NCBI GenBank assembly: GCA_040389125.1
Contig: JAZKAN010000001.1
Span: 47,398 to 111,397, forward strand
DNA: 64,000 nt
Source: Patescibacteria group bacterium
Lineage (GTDB): Bacteria; Patescibacteriota; Minisyncoccia; Phycocordibacterales; DATDWN01
Direction of reading: 5' to 3'
A model generated the notes under the pieces. That model had not been told where the DNA came from. It was given only the letters and a program-made list of their open reading frames with translations, and did not search any database. A program made the position numbers and the translations under genes. Below, in pieces: positions 1-9,619 of this stretch. Numbering within the stretch: position 1 is the stretch's first letter; every line of letters begins with the position of its first letter.

Positions 1-1
1 C

Positions 2-82
2 ATCAAGGATGGTTTGATTGTGGGTGATGAAAAAGTTTTACATCGTACAATTGCGACCGCAGATGGAGATTTGAAAAAATAA
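2..82 (+). CDS. 3' end of an upstream gene (partial), possibly the ATPase partner of the following permeases
   Basis: The frame is open to the left edge and reads ...IKDGLIVGDEKVLHRTIATADGDLKK*. Its stop overlaps the next ATG (TAATG). Function is guessed from position only. Confidence 0.35.
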   Translation: MKDGLIVGDEKVLHRTIATADGDLKK

Positions 83-1353
83 TGGACTTTATTTCAACAA
101 TACGCATGACAATCCGAAACCTACTCGCTAGAAAAGGGCGATCGTTTTTAACTATGCTCGGTATTGTGATTGGGGTTGCAGGCGTAATTATTATTATTTC
201 ACTCGGTGCCGGCGCACAGTCACTCGTTCTCGGGCAGGTCAACAAACTTGGTTCAAATCTTCTGAGTATTCAGCCGGGTAAAAGTGATACAAACGGCCCA
301 CCAGCTGCAGCATATGGAGTTGTCATCACTACACTCATAAATGCAGATGTGGATGCACTCCGTTCTCCAGCCCAGGTTCCACATGCACAGGCAGTCAATG
401 CTGTTGTGCGTGGATCTGCGACAGTAACATGGCAGAACAAAACTGTTGATACTAATTTTGTTGGAACAGATTCTGGATATTCAGATGTTGTTAATTTCAC
501 TATGCACGAGGGCGCATTTATGAGTCAGTCGGAAAACGAAGGTTCATCAAATGTTGTTGTGCTTGGATCAACTGTTGCCGACGAACTTTTTAGTGATTCT
601 GGCGTTGATCCTGTTGGACAGGTTATTAAAGTAAGGAGTAGTTCACAAAAGGAGGCCGGCGGGATTCCACTTCGAGTGTCTGGTGTTATAAATCAACGCG
701 GAAGTGCATTTTTTCAAGACCAGGATGATCAAATATTTCTTCCGCTTGCGATTGGTCAGACTCGACTCCTTGGTATACATCACCTCCAATCAATCAATGT
801 AAAAGTTGATTCAGCAGAGAATGTTGAGGAGACGATATCAGATGTTACAAATGTACTCAAACAGCGTCATCATATTTTGACGGACGACAATATTGATTTT
901 ACTGTTCGTAACCAAGCAACTGCGGTTGATATTTTGAAAACAATTACGAGTGCCCTCAGCCTATTCCTCACCTCTATGGCGGCAATCGCACTTGTCGTGG
1001 GAGGTATTGGGATTTTAAATATCATGCTCGTAACAGTAGCCGAACGTACTCGCGAAATTGGACTTCGCAAGGCAGTTGGAGCAACAAATAAAATGATAAT
1101 GAAACAATTTCTCCTCGAGGCAGGTACACTCACATCGATTGGTGGGCTCATCGGTATTATTGTTGGAATTATTATGTCGTATCTCATGGCGGTACTCATG
1201 AAAAAACTTGGATATGATTGGGATTTTGTAATTTCTATTACATCTGTGGTCCTTGCAATCGGGGTTTCAGTATTGACAGGAGTGGTGTTTGGATTATACC
1301 CGTCATTCAAGGCGGCCAAGCTTGATCCGATTGATGCCTTACGGTACGAATAA
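82..1353 (+). CDS. MacB/FtsX-type ABC transporter permease
   Basis: N-terminal TM (RSFLTMLGIVIGVAGVIIII), a large extracytoplasmic domain, and a C-terminal FtsX-like 3-TM block (ERTREIGLRKAVGAT ... LDPIDALRYE). Confidence 0.85.
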   Translation: MDFISTIRMTIRNLLARKGRSFLTMLGIVIGVAGVIIIISLGAGAQSLVLGQVNKLGSNLLSIQPGKSDTNGPPAAAYGVVITTLINADVDALRSPAQVPHAQAVNAVVRGSATVTWQNKTVDTNFVGTDSGYSDVVNFTMHEGAFMSQSENEGSSNVVVLGSTVADELFSDSGVDPVGQVIKVRSSSQKEAGGIPLRVSGVINQRGSAFFQDQDDQIFLPLAIGQTRLLGIHHLQSINVKVDSAENVEETISDVTNVLKQRHHILTDDNIDFTVRNQATAVDILKTITSALSLFLTSMAAIALVVGGIGILNIMLVTVAERTREIGLRKAVGATNKMIMKQFLLEAGTLTSIGGLIGIIVGIIMSYLMAVLMKKLGYDWDFVISITSVVLAIGVSVLTGVVFGLYPSFKAAKLDPIDALRYE

Positions 1354-1403
1354 ATTATAAAAATTATGAAACTCGTCGAAACAAAATTTTTAAACTTACA
1401 CAC

Positions 1404-2648
1404 ATGTTAAAAGCTCTCAAACAATCATTTAAAGCACTTTCTGCAAACAAAGGCCGAACAAGCTTAACTATGCTTGGCATTGTTATTGGTATTGGTACGG
1501 TTGTACTCGTACTCACCGCAGGTGCTGGGTTTCGCAGTCTCATAGACGCACAGGTTGCAACACTCGGTAGTAACACACTGTTTGTACAGACTCGTGTTCC
1601 TCCCACAACCAAAAATCGTGCTGCAGGTGGAGGAGGTATGGACGCAGCATTTACTGGTGTTATTATTTCCAGTTTCAAACAACGAGATTTGGATGAAATA
1701 AAAAAACTTGGAAATGTAGTCGGGGATTACGGCATTGTCACTGGGCAAGCGGTTGCGAGTTATCGAGCTAACAAAAAAACTGCAATCTACTATGGTGCAT
1801 CTGCAGATCGTTTTAGTATTGATCAAGGTATATTAAGTAGTGGTAGATTTTACACTCAAGCCGAAGATACTGGTGGGGCACAGGTCGTGATTCTCGGTAG
1901 CAAAATCGCAACAGATTTATTTGGGCAGGATAATCCAGTGGGAAAACTTTTGCGGATCGGTACACTCAATTTTCAGGTCATTGGCGTGTACAAACCACAG
2001 GGAGCACTGAGTGGAAATGATGACTTGCTATTTATGCCCATCGTGACAGCACAGAGAAAAATGCTCGGGATCGACTATTTATCGGTTGGGATTGTGGCAC
2101 TCAAAGACATCAAATCAAGTGATGCAACTGCCGAAGAAATCAGACTGCTCCTTCGTAAAAATCACTCGATTACTGATCCAAACAAAGACGACTTTACGGT
2201 AAAAACGCAGGCCGATGCTCTCGCCACATTCAACACTATTTTTAGTGGAATTACATATTTACTTATTGCTATTGCGACGATTTCCCTCATCGTCGGTGGT
2301 GTGGGAATTATGAATATAATGTACGTTGTTGTTACCGAACGCACATCTGAAATTGGTCTGAAAAAAGCACTGGGGGCAAGGGAATCAGATATTTTAAACG
2401 AATTTCTACTTGAGGCAGTTCTTGTGACAGTATTTGGAGGGATAATAGGAATTATTGCGGGGTCATTTCTCGGATTTGTAGTTTCTCTCATTGCAAAATC
2501 TGCAAACCTTGCCTGGAATTTTTCAGTCCCTGTTTCTGGTATCGTGCTAGCGTTTGTAGTATCTGCTGCTATTGGAATATTTTTTGGAGTGTTTCCAGCA
2601 CGTTCTGCAGCTCGTATGGATCCAATTGAGGCACTCCGTTATGAATAA
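1404..2648 (+). CDS. MacB/FtsX-type ABC transporter permease (second paralog in tandem)
   Basis: Same architecture as the preceding gene (RTSLTMLGIVIGIGTVVLV ... ERTSEIGLKKALGAR ... MDPIEALRYE). Confidence 0.85.
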   Translation: MLKALKQSFKALSANKGRTSLTMLGIVIGIGTVVLVLTAGAGFRSLIDAQVATLGSNTLFVQTRVPPTTKNRAAGGGGMDAAFTGVIISSFKQRDLDEIKKLGNVVGDYGIVTGQAVASYRANKKTAIYYGASADRFSIDQGILSSGRFYTQAEDTGGAQVVILGSKIATDLFGQDNPVGKLLRIGTLNFQVIGVYKPQGALSGNDDLLFMPIVTAQRKMLGIDYLSVGIVALKDIKSSDATAEEIRLLLRKNHSITDPNKDDFTVKTQADALATFNTIFSGITYLLIAIATISLIVGGVGIMNIMYVVVTERTSEIGLKKALGARESDILNEFLLEAVLVTVFGGIIGIIAGSFLGFVVSLIAKSANLAWNFSVPVSGIVLAFVVSAAIGIFFGVFPARSAARMDPIEALRYE

Positions 2649-2678
2649 TTGCAAGTAGATTGCTTTTTATATATTTTG

Positions 2679-2687
2679 TGCTAAAAT
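2679..2687 (+). promoter_or_regulatory. Extended -10 box (TGcTAAAAT) 6 nt upstream of the trhO ATG; leaderless geometry
   Basis: TGc at 2679-2681, TAAAAT at 2682-2687, six T residues, then ATG at 2694. No SD. Confidence 0.5.
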
Positions 2688-2693
2688 TTTTTT

Positions 2694-3602
2694 ATGAATG
2701 AAATCTCGAATGAATCTGATACGGGTAATCCGTACACTATTATTCTTTTCTACAAATACACACACATAGAAAACCCAAATGAGTTTCGGGATGCTCAACG
2801 AAAACTGTGTGAAAAACTTGGACTTACTGGTCGTATTATTGTTGCTCACGAGGGTATAAACGCCACTCTTGAAGGAAAAACAGAAAATATTAATGCATAT
2901 CTGAATGAATTCCTGGGTGATTTGCGATTTGCTGATACTCATATTAAAAAAAGTAATGGAATTGGAACCGCATTTCCAAAATTATCAGTAAAATCTCGTC
3001 GAGAGATTGTTTCTCTGCATTTACACGAGGACTTTAGCCCGACAGAAGTGACCGGTGTGCATTTGAAGCCAGCTGATCTGAAACAATGGTTTAAAGATGG
3101 AAAAGATTTTGAAATAGTGGACATGCGAAATGACTACGAATACAGTATTGGCAGATTCAAGGGATCTGTACTACCCAAACTGCAGAATTTTCGAGACGTA
3201 CCCCGCGTTCTTTCTGAACTCGAACCACTTAAAGAAAAAACGGTAGTAGCTGTTTGCACGGGTGGTGTCAGATGTGAAAAGGCTTCTGGATTTCTCCTTA
3301 AAAATGGATTTAAAAATGTCTATCAACTCGATGGTGGAATTGTTTCGTACATGCAGGAATATCCAGGGCAGGAATTCGAGGGATCACTCTATGTTTTTGA
3401 TAAACGCATAACCATGAGTTTCGACAGTGACGAGCAACATATAGTGATCGGAACCTGTCAAAAATGCAACACCTCATCAGAGAGATACGTGAACTGCAAA
3501 TGGCCGGAATGCAATAAACATTTTATTTGTTGTGAAATTTGTTCAGAAAATGACGGAAAATCATTTTGTAGCGAAGGGTGTAAAGAAAAAATGATTATTT
3601 AA
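2694..3602 (+). CDS. trhO: Rhodanese-domain protein of the UPF0176/TrhO family (tRNA U34 hydroxylase-like)
   Basis: Rhodanese active-site loop CTGGVRCEKASGFL, and a Cys-rich C-terminal tail (CQKCN...CKWPECNKHFICCEICS...CSEGC) typical of TrhO/YceA. Confidence 0.75.
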   Translation: MNEISNESDTGNPYTIILFYKYTHIENPNEFRDAQRKLCEKLGLTGRIIVAHEGINATLEGKTENINAYLNEFLGDLRFADTHIKKSNGIGTAFPKLSVKSRREIVSLHLHEDFSPTEVTGVHLKPADLKQWFKDGKDFEIVDMRNDYEYSIGRFKGSVLPKLQNFRDVPRVLSELEPLKEKTVVAVCTGGVRCEKASGFLLKNGFKNVYQLDGGIVSYMQEYPGQEFEGSLYVFDKRITMSFDSDEQHIVIGTCQKCNTSSERYVNCKWPECNKHFICCEICSENDGKSFCSEGCKEKMII

Positions 3603-3633
3603 TATTAGTGTATTTAATTTGTTCGGCACCTTT

Positions 3634-4311
3634 ATGAAAAGAAATTTCCATTACTATTTTCCTCTTGTACTTCAGAAAATTGGTTATGTTATTTTTCTAA
3701 TATTACACGAGGTGTTTGTCAGATTAGAAATACGAGACACAGAAAATATACAAAATCTCACTTCTCCAATCATCCTTGCGACCAACCATACAAGCGAACT
3801 CGATGTAACCGCATTACCTCTCATTTTTCCAATGTTTTCAAAAATATTTCCCATTTATTTTGTCACAAACCAAACTGAAAAATATCGAACATTTGGATGG
3901 AGAAGCTATATATACGGGGGAGTTTTTTTTAACTGTCTGGGGGGATATGCAGTGTATTCCGGTCACAAGGACTATGCAATGTCGCTCGAGGATCATATAA
4001 AACTCCTAAAAAATGGCCAAACACTTTGGATTGCACCAGAAGGCAAGAGAACTCGTGATGGCAATATGAATCCCGCACGTGGTGGGCTAGGGTTTCTGGT
4101 CCATACAACTCAGGCGGTAGTTCTGCCCATTGCAATCAATACATTTTTCAATATGTCATTTTGGGATTTCATTACATTTAAAAGAAAAGTTGTTATTACT
4201 ATCGGAAAACCGATGAAACCCGGCGAAATAATAAACATAAACAACCCAACAGTTACTGATTTTCGAGAGGGAAGTCAGAGGGTATTGGATAGGATACACG
4301 GGATGATGTAA
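3634..4311 (+). CDS. 1-acyl-sn-glycerol-3-phosphate acyltransferase-like (PlsC family)
   Basis: HX4D acyltransferase motif NHTSELD, a later PEGKRTRDG block, and an N-terminal hydrophobic anchor. I chose ATG 3634 over the TTG 3619 in the track. Confidence 0.65.
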   Translation: MKRNFHYYFPLVLQKIGYVIFLILHEVFVRLEIRDTENIQNLTSPIILATNHTSELDVTALPLIFPMFSKIFPIYFVTNQTEKYRTFGWRSYIYGGVFFNCLGGYAVYSGHKDYAMSLEDHIKLLKNGQTLWIAPEGKRTRDGNMNPARGGLGFLVHTTQAVVLPIAINTFFNMSFWDFITFKRKVVITIGKPMKPGEIININNPTVTDFREGSQRVLDRIHGMM

Positions 4312-4344
4312 AAAAGTTCATGCTTTTTATTTTTGTATAAAAAA

Positions 4345-4387
4345 AGGCCGACGCGCTCCACACAATGTGAGAGACAAACGTCGGCCT
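4345..4387 (-). terminator. Hairpin terminator downstream of the 700-aa gene
   Basis: The 9-bp stem AGGCCGACG/CGTCGGCCT is followed on the minus strand by a T run (plus-strand A run at 4338-4345). The loop is long, about 25 nt. Confidence 0.55.
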
Positions 4388-4426
4388 GGCGGAGGGGTAT
4401 AGCGATATGTAATCTCCATATCCCTC

Positions 4427-6529
4427 CTAGTTTACTAACTGCTGCGACATTGTTTGAAAACGTGCTTGTTGTGAGTTATCGCTACCCACAGTACCTTCGA
4501 CACGTGTCGGTTCGGGATCGATTGCAGACGGTCCAGGAACAACAAAGTTGACCTGATACAATCCCGGAAATTCAGGAGAAAGTACGGCAACCACTTCCGT
4601 AGCCTGTCTCCCTCCAATAATGAGCGTCGGCTGAATCGTTGTGTAGCAGACCTTTCCAGGTGCCACACCAGCCTTTAACTCAGGGCAATTCGAGGTTCTG
4701 CCCAAACCAGTGACCCACAGTGTGTTATGGGTACCAAGAACGAGTGGGTTATCAGCTGTGATCAACTGATAATTTGAATCAGTCACAATTCCCAGATCGC
4801 CGTTCGGAAATACTCCGGGAGATGTGGAAAGTATCGTGACTTGTACACTATTTCCGAGAGTCCCATTGTAGACCACCTGAACCGTTGCGGTCCCAAGCGA
4901 AACATCAAAGGGAAACTGGAAGTTAATCTGTCTCGGTGACACATACAAAAGTGGCACACGGACCCCGTTCACTCGTACCTCCACACCCAGAAAACTGGTT
5001 GGGAGAGGTAGAGTTTTTACTTCGGAAGTACTTTCGCCAAGGTTCTGCCCATATATCGCAGCAAACATCCCAGGTGAAAGACTTTCGTCTCCAGAAGCAG
5101 CGTTTCGCACGCCACCTGTGAAGATCGTAGGTGCGGGAGGTAATACAACCTTTGGCGTGACCTTGACGGTTACCGTGCGGGAATCAATCCCACCGGGTCC
5201 GGTCGCGGTCAGCGTGTAGGGCGTAGTTGTAGTCGGGCAAACCGTGGTGGTTCCCGAGAGCTCAACATTGCCGACACCCTGATCGATTTGCACAGTTGTG
5301 GTGTTTAGTGTATTCCACCGAGCGATTGTGCACTCACCACTCGTAATCTCTGTTGAGTCGATGGTGAAAGAGTTAACAACCGGTGGAAATGCGATGACTG
5401 CACTATACACCTTGCTGAACTTACCAGTGGGATCCGTTTGTGAAAAATAGACCACACCTTTGTCAGACACCGTAGCAACAGCCTGACCAGCAATCTTGAA
5501 CGTGAATCCACCAGGAAGTGTCTGGCCAGTGCTCGCGAGTACCCATCTCTGTTTAGTTTCAACATCAATGAGCATTAGCTTTGCCCCGGGCGCAGACGAA
5601 GTGCTGATGAGAGCATATTTTTTTGAGAGGCCGAGAACAGATGCTGCATTTGTCCCAAACCCATCTGAGTTGTCGTAGATCTGGCTAAATGCACCAGATT
5701 TGTATACGCCAACCGAATTGGTGCCATGAAGGAGGAGTTTCTGGTCGTTAAACCAGTCAACCTCTAATCCGCAGCACTTCTCAGTCTTTCCACTGTAGAG
5801 CGTGCTCAAGACTCCATCTCGAGCAATAGCGATTTCGCTACTTACCCCATTTACAGGATCAATAGCAAGAATAACGCGAACGATGAACGATCCATCAGCC
5901 TGTTTCCAAGCCTCCGAGATCGGGACGGTCAGTTTTGCAACCTCGGTGAGGTCACATACTCCACCATTTGACTTTCCGAGCAAGTAAATGCTCGAAATAG
6001 TGCCGTCATTATCCACGAAATACTTTGTCCCGTCAGCAGAAGGATAGGCCCCGTACTGGTTTGACTTGAGGGATCCTGTAGGAAGTCTAAAACTTCCACA
6101 GACCTCGGGTACACCAGATTGAAGACTAGCTTGGACAAGAGAGTTTGTCACCCCGGTAACCTTAACTGCAGAATTGCGAGTGTAGGTGGTTGGAGAAAAA
6201 CTCGCCGTAGTGCCACTTTCTGGGTAGAACCCACCGAGTGACAGGATTGGGGTTGTTGCCCCAAAAGAAATCCCATTGAACGGAAATGCATTGTTATCTT
6301 TGAAATTTCCGTTAATGACCTGTAGCGGCGCCGTTGGCGACACTACTTGTTGTACCGTGAGCGCCCCAGAGGCATTTGTGCCTCCGAAAGCCCACAGTCG
6401 TCCATCAGACGATACCTTCAATCTGGTTATTAGCCAGGGTGAAGGAAATCCTCCAATGTCCTGAATTTGAACCTGCTGGGCAGATGCCCAGGAGGCGAAC
6501 ATGACAAGGAACATGCATAATCTGAGCAT
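4427..6529 (-). CDS. Secreted repeat protein with a TIGR03437-like (Soli_cterm) C-terminal domain; GC-rich, probably horizontally acquired
   Basis: Signal peptide MLRLCMFLVMFASWASAQQ. The C-terminal roughly 230 aa match the remembered TIGR03437 pattern (VRNAASGDESLSPGMFAAIYGQNL ... LLYVSPRQINFQFP ... SPGVFPNG ... LWVTGLG ... EFPGLYQVNFVVP). SD AGGAGGT lies 8 nt before the ATG. GC is well above the flanks. Confidence 0.8.
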   Translation of the reverse strand: MLRLCMFLVMFASWASAQQVQIQDIGGFPSPWLITRLKVSSDGRLWAFGGTNASGALTVQQVVSPTAPLQVINGNFKDNNAFPFNGISFGATTPILSLGGFYPESGTTASFSPTTYTRNSAVKVTGVTNSLVQASLQSGVPEVCGSFRLPTGSLKSNQYGAYPSADGTKYFVDNDGTISSIYLLGKSNGGVCDLTEVAKLTVPISEAWKQADGSFIVRVILAIDPVNGVSSEIAIARDGVLSTLYSGKTEKCCGLEVDWFNDQKLLLHGTNSVGVYKSGAFSQIYDNSDGFGTNAASVLGLSKKYALISTSSAPGAKLMLIDVETKQRWVLASTGQTLPGGFTFKIAGQAVATVSDKGVVYFSQTDPTGKFSKVYSAVIAFPPVVNSFTIDSTEITSGECTIARWNTLNTTTVQIDQGVGNVELSGTTTVCPTTTTPYTLTATGPGGIDSRTVTVKVTPKVVLPPAPTIFTGGVRNAASGDESLSPGMFAAIYGQNLGESTSEVKTLPLPTSFLGVEVRVNGVRVPLLYVSPRQINFQFPFDVSLGTATVQVVYNGTLGNSVQVTILSTSPGVFPNGDLGIVTDSNYQLITADNPLVLGTHNTLWVTGLGRTSNCPELKAGVAPGKVCYTTIQPTLIIGGRQATEVVAVLSPEFPGLYQVNFVVPGPSAIDPEPTRVEGTVGSDNSQQARFQTMSQQLVN

Positions 6530-6667
6530 GAAGCTAGACCTCCTGTGCCCATTATACCATAAATCATTATAAATTGGTAGTGAAGGCTAGGAACTTATAC
6601 ACACCCTCCTGGCCACATAATTTTATAATAGTATATTATATAGTAAACCTTATTCATTTTTATACAT

Positions 6668-7207
6668 ATGGAACCTATATCAACACCAACTAGACTCAAT
6701 AAAATTATTGTTTGTGTTCTTATTTTTTTTATTCTTTCATTTATAATTTTAGTTTTATATAAAAATAAAGTTACGTGGTTACAACATACAAGTGATACAG
6801 ACGTAAATTCTGAAGTTTTAGAAAAATATAGTACTTCAATCTATACGATTCCGAAGATACAAAAAGAAACTCAATTATCTCAGGATGATATTCCAAAGCA
6901 AGCAAAATTAATTTTAAATACAACCTCCTTATCAAAATCCAATGCAGTAATCTATACTAATGGAGAAACAGGTTATGAGTTTGAGTATACTATTCCTCAA
7001 AAAACTCTGGAGCAAGCTCGAGTTATTTTCTTTGATACGTTGGATAATCAAAAAGAATGGAGGCTAATACAAGCTCGTAAAACTGATGAGGTTGTTATTG
7101 TTGATATTGTAAATATATCAAACCCAAACATTAAAAGTACAACCAAAATAACAACAGATGGGAGTAGTGCAATATTTAGTACACAGATTCTTGGTAATTT
7201 AAAATAA
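6668..7207 (+). CDS. Hypothetical membrane-anchored protein
   Basis: N-terminal TM (KIIVCVLIFFILSFIILVLY). No motif recognised. Lies 5 nt upstream of the next gene. Confidence 0.55.
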   Translation: MEPISTPTRLNKIIVCVLIFFILSFIILVLYKNKVTWLQHTSDTDVNSEVLEKYSTSIYTIPKIQKETQLSQDDIPKQAKLILNTTSLSKSNAVIYTNGETGYEFEYTIPQKTLEQARVIFFDTLDNQKEWRLIQARKTDEVVIVDIVNISNPNIKSTTKITTDGSSAIFSTQILGNLK

Positions 7208-7212
7208 TCATT

Positions 7213-9528
7213 ATGAAATCAATCAGAATATTTTTTATACTTTTTGTATCACTTTTCTCTTTTTTCAGCTATGTTAATACAACATTTGCTGTGACAACAA
7301 CAGCATGGTGCGCAGTATTTACAAGTCAGGGTTGTAATACCAGTAATGGTGCATCTGGCTGTTTAAATCCTGTTTATAGTACTCAAACATGTTCATGTGA
7401 TAGTCCATATGTTGCACAATGCGGTGGTCTATCTGAAGCAAGCTTTTCTGGTAGTGGTAATTCTAGTGGGTTCTGTAGAGACGGTAATATTGATCCATCA
7501 ACGAATCTTGGCGGACTTCAAGCTTGTGGTGCTAGTGGAGGTTGTTACTGTGATTATCAAGGACCAAGTGGTCCTATATGTAGCGATCCTAATGATGCAT
7601 GTTTTGGACAATCAACATGTTGTCCTGCATCAGGAGGAGGAGGAACACCTGCTGGAACTCAGGATTCATATTTTACTGTGAATGCTAATCCATTACTAAT
7701 AACTGCGGATCCAAATTCCCCCTATGGTCCATATACAGTGACAATACAGTCGAATGACACCAATCTTACGGGTTCAATTTCGATTACAGAAAGTGGAGGA
7801 CCTGATGTTGGGACATTTGTATGTGAAAGTTTTGGCCCGGCCCCTGTGTTTTATCATTACACATACACAGGTACAAATCCTCAAGTACCGGCAAACGCAA
7901 GAACTACCTGTACGTTTGGTGGAAATTCAGGAAATATAAGTCCTTATATTTATAATATTACATTTACAGGAGTATATTTAAGTAATGGGACACATAGTTC
8001 AGAAGCTCCGGTAGTATTACAGGTGAATGCAGTAGCTCCACCAACTCCAACAGGACTTTCTGTTACTCCAAGTGTCACTCCGAGCAGTTGTGGGCAGGAT
8101 TGGATGAATATTTCTTGGAATGCATCTTCTGGTGCGACGAGCTATCAGGTGTATCGCGATGGAGGAGCAGTACCAGTCTACGATGGTGCTGGATTATCTT
8201 TTTCAGATACAGGTTTAGTTCTCGGTTCAACACATTCATACAAAGTTCGAGCAACTAATGCTGTTGGATCATCTGCGCAAAGTGGTGCTGTTTCAAACAC
8301 TGTCGCTCCAGTATGTCCTGCTATCCCATCACCAACAGCGACTTCAGTCACATGTAACAGCGCAACCAGTGCAACAATTAACTATACACTACCAGCAGGA
8401 TACACAACTGCAAATGTTCGAGTAAGTAAAAGCAATTCAACATGTTCGTGGCCATCTGATATCGCAGTCACTCAGACTGCTGGCAATCCTGGTTCATACG
8501 GTCCATTTGCCGTAGCAGCAAACCAACCAAACTGTTACTGGGTAGAGACTGTTGATTCAACCAAAACTCCATCGTGGAGTGCTGCGGAGGGGTATCATCT
8601 ATTTACTTGTCCAGCCGCAGCACCAACTGTGGAAGTCGAATCTCCAACAGTTGGCCAAACTGTCTCAGGATTACTCAATGTCAAGGGATATGCAGTTCCA
8701 TCCAATGAAACAACTATTAATAAAGTAGTATTTGAAACACAAAGTAGTCCAATTGTACGAGCGAGCTCAGATGTAAATCCTAGTTTCTATCCTATTGACA
8801 GAACAAGTGTTGCACCAAGTCTTGCGGGTATATACGGATCAGGTGGAACAACACCACGTAATGCATATCCAAATATTGGTTTCCTATATTCCAACTTTGA
8901 TACGAATTTATTATCGAACGGTGCTCATAATATTATTATTACTGCGTATGATAATGCTGGAAATAGTACTGTCAAAACTATTCCGATTACAGTCAATAAT
9001 ACTACAGCACCGACGGTCAGCCTTTCAGCTGATCCAATAGCAGGAGCTTCACCTCTGAGCACAACACTCACCTGGACTATATCAAACTCTGCTACATCAT
9101 GTACTGCATTAGGAGGAACATTCGCTGGTAGTAAATCACATGCAGACGGAACACATACAGAAACAGTTACTAACATAACTACACCTACTACATATTCGAT
9201 TACATGTTCAAATACACTCACTGGAAATACCTCATCTGTTACTGTTACACCGACCACAACAAACACACTTACTGTAATCACTACATATGGCGGTGCAGTC
9301 ACAAGTAATGATGGGTTTATCAACTGTGGTAGTACCTGTGGTCACACATACTCATCTTGTCCATCAGTCGTCCTCAGTCCTGTTGCAAATCCTCAGTTCA
9401 AATTCGTTGCATGGACAGGCGCATGTACTGGATCGGGTGCAACATGTACTGTAGACGTCTGTGCTTCTGCAAGTCAAAGTGTAACGTCATTATTCACTCT
9501 TCTACCGATACACTATAACGAGTTTTAG
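7213..9528 (+). CDS. Large secreted surface protein with a Cys-rich N-terminus and Fn3/Ig-like repeats
   Basis: Signal peptide (IFFILFVSLFSFFSYVNTTFA), about 20 Cys in the first 150 aa, an Fn3-like block (ISWNASSGATSYQVYRDGG ... YKVRATNAVGSS), and Thr/Ser-rich beta-type repeats. Confidence 0.7.
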   Translation: MKSIRIFFILFVSLFSFFSYVNTTFAVTTTAWCAVFTSQGCNTSNGASGCLNPVYSTQTCSCDSPYVAQCGGLSEASFSGSGNSSGFCRDGNIDPSTNLGGLQACGASGGCYCDYQGPSGPICSDPNDACFGQSTCCPASGGGGTPAGTQDSYFTVNANPLLITADPNSPYGPYTVTIQSNDTNLTGSISITESGGPDVGTFVCESFGPAPVFYHYTYTGTNPQVPANARTTCTFGGNSGNISPYIYNITFTGVYLSNGTHSSEAPVVLQVNAVAPPTPTGLSVTPSVTPSSCGQDWMNISWNASSGATSYQVYRDGGAVPVYDGAGLSFSDTGLVLGSTHSYKVRATNAVGSSAQSGAVSNTVAPVCPAIPSPTATSVTCNSATSATINYTLPAGYTTANVRVSKSNSTCSWPSDIAVTQTAGNPGSYGPFAVAANQPNCYWVETVDSTKTPSWSAAEGYHLFTCPAAAPTVEVESPTVGQTVSGLLNVKGYAVPSNETTINKVVFETQSSPIVRASSDVNPSFYPIDRTSVAPSLAGIYGSGGTTPRNAYPNIGFLYSNFDTNLLSNGAHNIIITAYDNAGNSTVKTIPITVNNTTAPTVSLSADPIAGASPLSTTLTWTISNSATSCTALGGTFAGSKSHADGTHTETVTNITTPTTYSITCSNTLTGNTSSVTVTPTTTNTLTVITTYGGAVTSNDGFINCGSTCGHTYSSCPSVVLSPVANPQFKFVAWTGACTGSGATCTVDVCASASQSVTSLFTLLPIHYNEF

Positions 9529-9550
9529 TATTACATTTCATATCCAAAAT

Positions 9551-9583
9551 AAAACATCTGATTAATCCAGATGTTTTATTTTG
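9551..9583 (+). terminator. Intrinsic terminator
   Basis: 10-bp stem AAAACATCTG/CAGATGTTTT with a 7-nt loop, followed by ATTTTGT. Confidence 0.75.
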
Positions 9584-9619
9584 TATCTAAGTTTTAATTA
9601 TTATATACTGGGTCTATAT

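Noticed and set aside
870-1826. Long antisense ORFs overlapping the permease genes (870-1403, 1364-1678, 1464-1826 on the minus strand). Similar shadow ORFs occur across the window, for example 24137-24496, 24551-24964, 45457-46587, 49675-50166, 49917-50549 and 8925-9323.
   Set aside because: They lie opposite genes with clear family signatures. They have low-complexity or odd compositions and no start signals. I treated them as frame shadows rather than genes.
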